Of a stretch of 64,000 bases of DNA, positions 1 to 11,700 are shown in pieces. The notes beneath the pieces are model-generated. The model was not told the origin of the DNA. It saw nothing but the letters and a program-made list of their open reading frames with translations, and made no database searches. Both the position numbers and the translations under genes were made by a program. The stretch is from Isurus oxyrinchus (lineage: Eukaryota): NCBI GenBank assembly GCA_026770705.1, contig JANJGN010000004.1, positions 190,650,001-190,714,000 of the forward strand. The letters are read 5' to 3'. Each line of letters opens with the position of its first letter. Position 1 is the first letter of the stretch.

Positions 1-840
1 TCCATGGCAATTGATTGAATCGGTTCTGTGCCTAGCCAAATTCTACAAAATGAGCTTGCCCAGCGGAAGGCCAAAGTAATTAAATGTTTCGAGTCAATGC
101 CATGGAAATAAAGCAGGAAGAAATTAACAAAATCAAATGACAGAAGATGCTGGAGAATTAAGAACTGAAAAATGTGGAAAACACTCAGCAGGTCCAGCGG
201 CAGAACAGAGTTAATATTTCAGGTCGATGACCTTTCATTCCACACATCAAATTAAATCATTGTGGCGGGTTTAGCCTTTAGAGAAATGTTTAAATATTGT
301 AGAGAAATAAGGACAACAGATGAAGCTCATATCAGTTGCTTATTAACAGAAGGAGTCGCTGTCCTTGAATCACCAAAACAGTGCTTCTCTTTGTTTTGTG
401 GGAAGATGTTATGTTATCCTATAACATGAAGGGATGTTTTGTTAAGCTTCTGGGGGGAGAAGAAAATGGTTGTGGTTGTGGTGGTGGGTGTGGGCCTTTC
501 TCTTTGCCTCTTTTTGGGAATAAAACAAACCTTATTAAGGTAATAAAACATGGACCCTAAATAGAATTGAGATACAAGTCATCTGCAAATCATTTTACCA
601 GCCCTGCAGATGTTGCAGTTTTAAGTGGTCTACTGATGACTAAAAGGCAAAGCACAGCGACAAACAGAAAGGGGCGGTGGGGGAGTGGGGCAAGGGATAG
701 CGGGGAGGTAGGGAATGAAGAGGGAACAGTGGGGCAGGGGGTGGCGAGAGATCAGGGAGGGAGCAATGAGCTGTCAGGGTGTTAACTGAATCCAGTTAGT
801 GAAGTTAAAACTAAGACACAGCAGCTTTCTTTCCTGGAGA

Positions 841-3800
841 GACCATAAGACATAGGAGCAGAAATTAGCCATTCAGCCCGTTGAGTCTGCTCCGCTATTC
901 AATCATGGCTGATAAATTTCTCAAACCCATTCTCCCGCCTTCTCCCCGTAACCTTTGATCCCCTTATCAATCAAGAACCTATCTATCTCCGTCTTAAATA
1001 CACTCAATTCCTCTATTCTTCCTACCAAAGTGCGTGACCTCACACTTGCCCACTTAGCATTCCATCTGCCACTTCTTTGCTCATTCTCTTAACCTGTCCA
1101 AATCCTTCTGCAGCCTCCCCGCCTCCTCAATACTACCTGTCCCTCCACCTATCTTTGTATCATCTGCAAACTTAGCCAGGATGCCCTCAAGTTCCTTCAT
1201 CTAGATCATTATTGTATAAAGTGAAAAGTTGTGGTCCCAACACTGACCCCTGCGGAACTCCACTAGTCACCGGCCACCATCCTGAGAAGAACCCCCTTAT
1301 CCCCACTTTCTGTCTCCTGCCGGACAGTCAATCTTCTATCCATGCTAGTACCTTGCCTCTAACACCATGGGCTCTTATCTTACTGAGCAGCCTCCTGTGC
1401 GGCACCTTGTCAAAGGCCTTCTGGAAGTCCAAGCAGATAACATCCATTGGCTCTCCTTTGTCTAACCTACTCGTTACCTCCTCAAAGAATTCTAACAGAT
1501 TTGTCAGGCATGACCTCACCTTGATGAAACCATGCTGACTTTGCCCAATTTTACCCTGCACTTCCAAGTATTCTGAAATCTCATCCTTAATAATGGACTC
1601 TAAAATCTTACCAACGACTGAGGTCAGGCTAATCGGCCTGTAATTTTCCGTCTTTCGCCTCACTCCCTTCTTAAACAGGGGGGTTACATTAGCGATTTTC
1701 CAGTCCTCTGGGATCCTCCCTGACTCCAGTGATTCCTGAAAGATCACCACTAACGCATCCACTATCTCTTCAGCTATCTCCTTCAGAACTCTGGGGTGTA
1801 ATCCATCTGGTCCAGATGATTTATCCACCTTCAGACCTTTCAGTTTTCCTAGCACCTTCTCCATGGTAATGGCCACCATACTCACCTCTGCCCCCCGACT
1901 CTCTTGAACTTTGGGGATGTTACTCGTGTCTTCCACCGTGAAGACTGACGCAAAGTACCTATTCAGTTCCTCCGCCATTTCTTTGTTCCCCACTACTACT
2001 TCTCCAGCGTCATTTTCCAGCGGCCCAGTGTCCACTTTTGCCTCTCTCTTACCCTTTATATATCTAAAAAAAACTCTAGCAATCTTTTATATTACTGGCT
2101 AGTTTACCTTCATATTTAATCTTCTCCCTCCTTATTTCTTTTTTAGTTGTCCTCTGTTGGTCTTTGTAGGCTTCCCAATCCCCTGGTTTCCCACTGCTCT
2201 TCGCCGCATTGTACGGTTTCTCTAGCCTTTATGCTGTCCCTGACTTCCCTTGTCAGCCATGGTTGCCTCGTCCTCCCTTTAGTATGCTTCTTCCTAGGGA
2301 TGAATTTTTGCTGTGTCTCCCAAATTACTCCCAGAAACTCCTGCCATTGCTGTTCCACTGTCTTTCCTGCTAGGCTCATCACCCAGTCAATTCTGGCCAG
2401 CTCCTCCCTCATGCCTCTGTAGTTGCCTTTATTCAACTGTAATACCGTTACATCTGATTCCAGCTTTTTCCTCTCAAATTGCAGGGTAAATTCTATATTA
2501 TGGTCACTTCCTCCTAAGGGTTCCTTCACCTTAAGCTCCCTTATCAAATCTGCCTCATTACACATCACTAAATCTAGAATTGCCTGTTCCCTAGTGGGCT
2601 CCAGCACAAGCTGCTCCAAAAAGCCATCTCGTAGACATTCTACAAATTCCTTTTCTTGGGATCCATTACCAACCTGATTTTCCCAGTCTACCTGCACATT
2701 GAAATCCCCCATGATCACTGTAACCTTGCCTTTCTTACACACCTTTTCTATCTCCTGGTGTCTCTTGTGCCCCACATCCTGACTACTGTTCGGAGGCCTG
2801 TACATAACTCCCATTATGGTTTTTTAACCTTTGCGGTTCCTCAACTCTACCCACACAGATTCTACATCATCTGACCCTACGTCATTTCTTGCTATCGATT
2901 TAATTTCATTTCTTACCAACAAAGCAATCCCACCCCCTCTGCCAACCTGCCTATCTTTTCAATAGGATGTATATCCTTGGATATTTAGCTCCCAGTCCTG
3001 ATCCCCTTGCAGCCATGTCTCCGTGATGCCCACCACATCACACCTGTCAATTCCAATCTGCGCCACAAGCTCATTTAGCTTATTTCGTATACTGCATGCA
3101 TTCAGATACAACACCTTCAGTCCTGTATTTCCCGTCCCCTTTCTCATTGTCATCCCTTTATCTGATGTGCTTGAAGTTAGATTCCTAGCCCTTTCCAAAC
3201 ACTCTGGCCTATTTTGTGTTCTGGAGACTTTAATAGCCTCTCCTGGGCTCTCCTTTCTTTTCAGTTTTTTCATAATTTTCCATGAAGTTGAATCCACCTC
3301 CCCACACGCTAACCTGCTGCTTTGTTTCCCATTAGTCATACTTCTTGGAGTTTTACCCTTCCCTCTACCCCCAACTTTCTAGTTTAAAGTCCTGTCGACC
3401 ACCTTTATTTACCCTTTTTGCTAGAACATTGGTCCCAGATCGGTTCAGGTGGAGACCGTCCCAATGGTACAGATCCCTCCTGTTCCAATACTGATGCCAG
3501 TGCCCCACGAAATGGAACCCCTCTTTCCCGCACCACTCCCTTAGCCACGTGTTTACTTCCCTTATTCTCGTGTCTCTATGCCAATTTGCACGTGGCTTGG
3601 GTAGTAATCTGCAGATTATAACCCTCGAGGACCTGTTCTTTAACTTAGTTCCTAGTTCCTGATAATCCCCAAACAGGTCCTCTTTCCTAGTCTTACCTAT
3701 GTTATTTGTCCCGATCTGGACCACAACAACTGGATCCTCCCCCTCCCTCTCCAATATCCTTTCAAGCCAGTCAGTGATGTCCCTCACCCTGGCACCGGGC

Positions 3801-4980
3801 AGGCAACATACCATGCGGGACTCTCGATCCTGCTTACAAAGGATGCTATCAATTCCCCTAATTATAGAATCCCCTACAACTACCACTTGTCTTTTTGCTC
3901 CCCCCCCTTGAATGGCCTCTTGTGCCACGGTGCTGTGGTCAGCTGGCTCATCCTCCCTACAGCCCTGTTCCTCATCCACACAGGGAGCAAGTACCTCGTA
4001 CCTGTTGGACAAGGTCAAGAACTGAGGCTTCTCTGTTCCTGAACACAGGATCCCTTTTCCTGCCTCAATTGCAGTCACACCCTGCTGACCCTGACCACTG
4101 ACCGGACTTGAGGTACTTAATCTACTGGGTGTGACCACCTCCTGAAACAAAGTGTCCAGGTAACTCGCCCCCTCCCAGATGTGCCGCAGTGTCCGGAGCT
4201 CGGACTCCAGCTCATCAATTCTGAGCCGGAGTTCCTCCAGCAACCAACACTTGCTGCAGATGTGGTCACTGCAGCTCGCAATGGGATCTGCCACATCATA
4301 CAGCTACAGCACATCACCTGCTCAGCCATCTCAACTTAGATATTTAATTTTTTAATTAGCTTTGCAGTGTTTTTTTTTCAAATTTGGTGCAGCTTTCCTA
4401 CCAACCAATCAGGTCACAGCTTTCCTGTGATGTCACTTTTTCAGTTTTGGCTTCAGTTACTCTGTGCCCCGAGGTCACCACTCTGGTGCTCCTCCCTCTG
4501 AGTCTGCTCCCTGGAGATGAGGCCCCAAATCCCTGAGGTAAGCTAGATTTATACTCACCGCTCCAGTGCTCCTCCCTCCGAGTCTGCTCCCAGGATTTAC
4601 TCACCAATTAGCTGCTTTTTCTTTAAAATCCACTTTCAGAAGAGTGTCCCTGGTGCACTCCTGAAGGCGCCGCCTCTTCCTCTCTCTCTCATTTTTTAGG
4701 TTTGAGGAGGAGGGAGGGATTGAAACACTATAGCAATGTAATGTTTGGGGCTATTCCGTTCTTTGACAGTGGGTCTTCCACAATTTCCTCCTGAGTCGCC
4801 TTGTCTGCGGTGTCTTCTCCCAGAATGCTTCAATCACTTTTCACCAGCGCACTCTGTTGGATACTCTTCCTCCTGTTGAATGCAAGAGTCCTTCTCCTCA
4901 ATTCCCTCCTGAGTCGCAGTGGCTGTGGTGACTTCTCCCAGAATGCTTCAGTCACTTCTCACCAGCGCCCTCTGTTGGAT
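841..4980 (-). mobile_element. Young CR1 LINE family A, copy 1: 5'-complete, frameshifted, ~590-bp internal deletion in the RT C-terminal part
   Basis: 3' tail CCTATGTCTTATGGTC; APE (YLNACSIRNK, GDFN, SDH) and RT ([19 protein letters not shown]) pieces; ORF1 esterase 3365-4329; 5' monomers. Confidence 0.95.
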
Positions 4981-5635
4981 GTTTATTGACTTAGTTCACT
5001 GTTAATGCTACTCCAATGCACCAGTAAGTCAACTATCCCTATTTATACTATTTTGATTAAAACAATTAAACTAAATTAACAAAAGTCAGGGAAGGTAGCC
5101 ACTTAAAGGAATACTGCAAAAAGACTAAATCTTAAAGGAAACTTACAAAACTCAAATTAAAACGTGACTTAGTGGGTCGATTAAAGCACCCCAGCCTTAT
5201 CCCCATTTATAGATGTACAAATACCCATCACTTGTTTAACAATGCAGTTGCCATCAACCTTAACAAGTTGATTGCCATTAAGCTTTAACAATGTAATTAA
5301 TAAGACATTGACACAGTGGAACGAGGGAAGGAGAGGCATCAGTGCAAGGGAGGGGATGGCAGGGCGGGGGAGTGAGGAAGGGGTGACAGTGAAGTTGGGG
5401 AGGGGTGCGAGGACAGAGGGAGGGAACAGTAGGAGAGGTGACGGGCAGAGCAAGGGAGGAAATTTTAGCAGAGTAGAAAGCTGAACTTATGTTCCTCATG
5501 TTCACAGTGGTGGTGAGGGTCACAATGCCATTATTTTTGTTGGTACATAGTTCTCATTGTTGCCCTCTTGCTAGCTGCTACTCTGGCATTGAGTTTTACT
5601 ATGTAAATAATAAACCTGGTGTTTTTTTTTTGCAG

Positions 5636-5703
5636 TAACTGGCTTTGATTTGTGGGGAGCAGTACTGACTATGGGACTAGTTTGTACACTGTACACAGCA
5701 TTG
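5636..5703 (+). CDS. SLC5A6: SLC5A6 coding exon (VTGFDLW...YTAL)
   Basis: poly-T tract + tgcag acceptor; ttg|gtgagt donor; 68 bp. Confidence 0.92.
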
Positions 5704-8700
5704 GTGAGTAATCAATGGGTTGGAGAGCTCGAATTTTCCAATCAGCTTTGAGGGTTAAAAGAAGCTCTTGCCTTTATACAGTGCCTTTCAGAACCTCAGG
5801 ATGTCCCATTGAACTGACATACTTTTGAAGTATAGCCGCTATTGTGATGTAGGAAACATAGCAACCAACTTGCATACGGCAAGTTCCCTCAAACAGCAAT
5901 GTGATAAGTGAGCAGGTTTTTTCTGCTGTTGGCTGAAGCATAAATATTGGGCAGGGTGTAGGAAGATGAGAAGGCCCATCTGCCTCTCAAGCTTGTTCCA
6001 CCATTCGGTAATAATCATGGGTGATTTGTACCTTGACTCCTAATTTGCCTGCTGTAGTTTCATATCCCTGATACCCTTGCCTAATCTATCACTGTTTTAA
6101 AATTTTCAATTTCCCCCTCTGGCTCACAGCTCCTTGGAATTTTTGTGGGGGGGGGGGTTCCTGACTTAAACACAATGGAGAACTCCCCTGCTCCTCTTCA
6201 CAACAGTGTCTCAGGATCTTGTCCCTCCAACTGAAAGGGCAGGCGGGGTCTCGGTTTAACATCTCATCTGAAAGGCAGCACTTCTGACAGTGCAGCACAC
6301 CCTCAGCGCCACACTCGCATGTCAACCTGGATCATGCAGTTAATTATCTGGAGCCTGGCCTTGCGCACAGCGGATCCCATCAACAGCAGTGAAATAGAAG
6401 AGCAGATAGTCTGTTTTCGTGCTTTTGGCTGAGGGATAAGTCATGAGCGCATAGGAACAGGTGGAGGCCATTCAGTCTCTGAAACGTGTTCCACCATTCA
6501 GTTGGATCATGGCTGGTCTGTATCCAGGGTTTTAAGCTCGAGTCTCTGGAGCAGACACTTGAATTTCTGACTGCAAGCGGCGAATGAAACCCACTGACAT
6601 CCTGTGATTGGAACCGGGGCCACTTCCCTGTCTCAGCCCTGTTAACTGCACCTCTTCATTTGACACTCAGGGTGGGCTGAAGGCCGTAATCTGGACGGAT
6701 GTGTTTCAGACACTGGTGATGTTTTCTGGGCAGCTGGCTGTCATCATCATCGGAGCCGGGCAGGCAGGAGGGATCGGTGAAGTGTGGCGAATTGCTAAAG
6801 AAAACGGCAAGATCGCAGGAATTGAGTAAGTGTCTTTAACCAAAGAAAATACATCCGTTCAAACTAAATCGGGAGTGACTCTACTGAACCAACGGCAAGG
6901 AGGTCGGTAACCAGAGGAGCCGATTTAGAATAATTGGCAAAAGGACAAGGTCAGGGATATGATGATTATTTTTAATGCAGTAAATTACTTAATACGGAAT
7001 GCACTGCCTGAGAGTGATGGAATCAGGTTCAATATGAGCTTTCAAAAAGGAATTGGATAAATAATTGAAAAGAATAAAGAACCCTTTAGGGCTACGGGGA
7101 GTGGGACTGACTGGGTAGCTCTTTCAAAGGACTTGATGTTCCAGTGTACAGTGAGATTAGTTTGTTTTGCTGATGTGTCCTTACCCTCTGCAGCCTCAAC
7201 CCTGACCCCTTTGAGCGTCACACCTTCTGGACGCTGAGCTTTGGCGGTGTGTTCATGATGTTGGCGCTTTACGGAGTGAACCAGGCCCAAGTCCAGCGGT
7301 ATCTCAGCTCGCGGACGGAGAAGCAGGCGATATTGTGAGTCACCGAATCAAACCAGACCGGGTCGCGAATTTAGCCGAGTTACTTTTGTGCGTTTAACTG
7401 CAGTATTCCTGAATCCAAGAGAGGGATCTCACTGTGCGAGGGTGCCATTAAATTAAAAGCTGCTTTTAAACTGCAGCGTGACTTCACCTCGCACCAACAG
7501 TAACGAGAACTGGAGATGGCCATTCAGCCCCTTGCTCCTGTTCGGTCATTGAGTTGTACCATGGCTGATCTATGCCTCAACCCCATTTATTCACATTAAC
7601 CTCCTTTACTACCCTTATTATTCACTCTTATTATCCTTGCCTAACATAAATCTAACAATCTCAGTTTTGAAGTTGTCAGTGGACACACCCCACCTCCCAC
7701 CTGCACCCTCCCCCAGCCTCAACAGTTTTCTTGAGGAGAAAGAGTTCCAGGTTTCCACTACCCTTTGTGTGAAGAAGTGCTTCCTGACACCCTGAATGAC
7801 CTAGCTTGAATTTTAAGGTTATGACCTGTTACTCTGGACTCTCCCCCACCAGGGGAAATAGTTTCTCACTATCGATCCTATTGAATCCTTTAATCACCTT
7901 AAATACCTCAATTACAATCACCCCTTCATCATCTAAACTCGAGGAAATACATGCCCAGTCTATGCAACTTGCCCTTGTGATTCAATCCTGTTAGCCCTGG
8001 GATCATTCTGATGAATCTGAGCTGATGGTGTCGAGATTTTCCCTGAATTTGCAATAAGGTGCAGTGAGTGGACTCTCGGACTGCGTTCTGCTGCTGATTC
8101 TGCCTCTAGTTTACTCCACTCCATTTAGCTTTAATGCACACCCAAACTGTTTGGCACCATCAACAGGCTACAGGTTAAGGTTCAAGTTCTGCTCCAGAGA
8201 CTTGAGTCTAATCCAAGCCGACACTCCAGTACAGAGGGAACGCTGCACTGGATAGAGGTGCTGCCTTTCAGATAAGACACTAAAACGAGATTCTGTCTGC
8301 CGTCTCAGGTAGATGTAAAAGGCCCCAGGGCACTATGTCAAAGAGGAGCAAGGAGTTCTCCTCGGTGTACTGAAAATATTTATCCCTCATTTAACATCAC
8401 AACAACAGATTATTTGTTCATTATCACAGTGCTGTTTGTGGGAGCTTGCTGTGCACAAATTGATTGCTGCATTTCAAACTTTACAACAGTGACTACACTT
8501 CCAAAAGCATTTAATTGGCTGTAAAGTGCTCTGGGACATCCCGGGACTGTGAAAAGCCCTGTTTAAATGCATGTTTTGATCTGTAGTGATCCTTGCATCA
8601 AAAGCTCAAGGTGAGGTCCCTGGATCCCTGACATACACAATGAAGAAGTCACTCGGCCTCACTGTGCGGACAGCTAATCAACTCTGGCGCCGGAGGCCAT

Positions 8701-11700
8701 TGGACTATCCACCCATCTCTCTCACCAGGGAATTTATGGAGCCTGTAACGGAACTGGAGCTTAAAAAGCAGGGGCGAACAGTTTGGAGTCAACCTCGAAC
8801 ATGTAAGGTGGTTTTTTTTTTGTGTGTTGTTTATACCTGTTACCGCTCGTTGCCTTTGTTCACCCCCTATAGGTCGTGCTACGTGGTGTTTCCCTGTCAA
8901 CAGATAGTCCTGGCCATGGGGTGCCTGATGGGCCTGGTTATGTACGCTCGCTATGGAGAGAACGGCCCACTACAGCAGGGTTACGTCAACGCTTCCGATC
9001 AGGTACGGCCTCCTTTTTAAAAACCAAACCATGCGAAAGCAGAAAGGAAGAACGTGCATTTATCTAACTGTCTTTCATGGCCGCAGGATGTCTCAAACTA
9101 TTCACTGCCATTGAATTACATTGAATTTACAGCCCAGAAACAGACTATTCGGCCCAACTCATCCATTTTTGCTCCACGTGAGCCTCCTATTCTCAACATG
9201 TCAGCATATCCATCTCTTCCTTTCTCCCTCATATGTTTATCTCGCTTCTCCTTAAATGCATCCACATTATTTGCCTCAACTGCCCCCAGTGGGAGCGAGT
9301 TCCACATTCTAAAGAGGTTTCTCCTGAATTCCCAATGGGATTTATGGCCCCCTTTTGGACACCTTCAATAACACCCCCACCAGCCCACCCCCACACCCAC
9401 ACAAGCACTGTCGAAGTATGGTCACCGGCGCAATGTAGGAAATGCGGAAACCAAGCACTCGCACAGCAAGCTCCCACAAAAATCAATGTGATAAATGACT
9501 GGATTGTCTGTTTTTTTAGTGCTGTTAGTTAATGAGAGACTGATATTACAGGAACCCTGTCTTGGCTTCGGTTATTGCCTCACCTACACTGTTCCGCCTT
9601 TTGCTTGTATCACCAGAGGGGCTGGAATCTGCAAAGGCAAACTTACAGTAAAGCAGTACTCTCCAAATTCCTTGTCCCGTCTTTCAGGAGAGGTGTTAAC
9701 CTGAGGTCCGCCCTTCTCTCTCAGGTCGATGTTAAAGATCCTATGACATACTCTATGTGGTGCTATTATACACCACTCTTATCCTAATTATCATGGATCA
9801 GTACCATCGATGTCAGCCATGGCCAGGTAGGTAGCTCACTCGCTTCAATCAGAAAGGGGTTCATGTCCCACGCCAGAGACTTGAGCCCCATAATCTAGAC
9901 CGACATTACTCCCAGAGTGCTGCACTGACAGAGATGAAGTCTTTCGGGTGAGCTGTTAAACAGAGGAGATGTCTGCTCTCACAGGATCTCATGAGACTGT
10001 TTCCCCAGAATCACAGAATTGTTACAATGCAGAAGGAGGCTATTTGGCCCATCATGTCTGCGCCAGCTTTCTGAATGAGCAGCTCACTTAGTGCCATTCT
10101 CCTGCTTTCTCCCCATAACCCTGCACATTGCTCCTTTTCAAATAATCATTGAATTCCCTCTTCATGCCTCGATTGAACCTGCCTCCACTGCACTGTCAGG
10201 CAGTGCATTCCAGCCCCTGCTCACACACTGTGTGAGAAAGTTTTTCCCTCATATCGCTTTCACTTCTTTTACTAATTAGCTTAAATCTGCGCCCTCTGGT
10301 TCTTGATCCTTCCGCCAATGAGAACAGTTTCTCCCTATCTACTCTGTGCAGGCCCCTCATGATTTTGAATACCGCCATCAAATCTCTTCTCAGCCTATTT
10401 TGAATAAGCTCAGGGTGTCCTCCCCTATGTCCTGGCCAAGATTTTTCCTTCAATCTACATCATCTAAAAGATGCGCTGCAGTAACTCTTCAAGCCTCCTT
10501 TGACAGCATCTTTCAAACTCGCGACCTCTACTACTTAGAAGGACAAGGGCAGTAGATGCCTGGGATCACCTGCAAGTTCCCCTCCAAGCCACACACCACC
10601 CTGACTTGGAACTAAATCGCCATTTCTGGATTTTGACTCAATGACATTGAAGGAACTCCCTCCTTAACAGCACGGCGGGTGTACCTACACCATGTGGACT
10701 GCAGCAGTTCAAGAAGGCAGCCTACCACCACCTTCCCAAGGGCAACTGGGGATGGGCAGTGTAGCCAACGGCGCCCACATCCAGTGAATGGGCATTATAA
10801 CATTGCTGTTTTTGGGAGTTCACTGTGGGCAAAATGGCTGCTGTGTTCCCTACATTACAATAGTGACTACACTTCAAAAGGTACTTAATGGCTGTGAAGC
10901 CCTTTGGGATGTCCTAAGGTTGTGAGAGGTGCTGTATAAATCAGGAGAAGACCATTCAGCCCATTGAGTCTATGCCTGTTCTCTGCAGAGCCAATCCAGT
11001 CAATCCCATTCCCCCTCTCAATCTCTGTAAGTCCCTCTAAGACCATAAGACATAGGAGCAGAAATTAGGCCAATCGGCCCATCGAGTCTGCTCCGCCATT
11101 CAATCATGGCTGATAGGTTTCTCAACCCCGTTCTCCTACCTTCTCCCCGTAACCTTAGATCCTCTTACCAATAAAGAACCTATCTATCTCAATCTTAAAT
11201 ACACTCAATGACCTGGTCTCCACAGCCTTCTGTGGCAATGAATTCCATATATTCACCACTCTCTGGCTAAAGAAGTTTCTCCTCATCTCTGTTCTAAAAG
11301 GTCTTCCCTTTACTCTGATGCTGTGTCCTTGGGTCCTAGTCTCTTATGCTAATGGAAACTTCTTCCCCACGTCCACTCTATCCAGGCCTTTCAGTATTCT
11401 GTAAGTTCCAATCAGATCCCCCCTCATCCTTCTAAACTCCATCGAGTATAGACCCAGAGTCCTCAAACGTTCCTCATATGTTAAGCCTTTCATTCCTGGG
11501 ATCATTCTCGTGAACCTCCTCTGGACCCTCTCCAGGGCCAGAACATCCTTCCTGAGATACGGGGCCCAAAATTGCTCACAATATCCTAAATGTGGTCTGA
11601 CCAGAGCCTTATAAAGCCTCAGCAGCACATCCCTGTTTTTATATTCTAGTCCTCTTGAAATAAATGCCAACATTGCATTTGCCTTCCTAACTACCGACTC

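Noticed and set aside
3365-4294. Host lipase/esterase gene
   Set aside because: It is CR1 ORF1, repeated in copies 3 and 4
5272-5484. Gly/Arg-rich ORF
   Set aside because: Purine-rich low-complexity intronic sequence with no supporting splice structure
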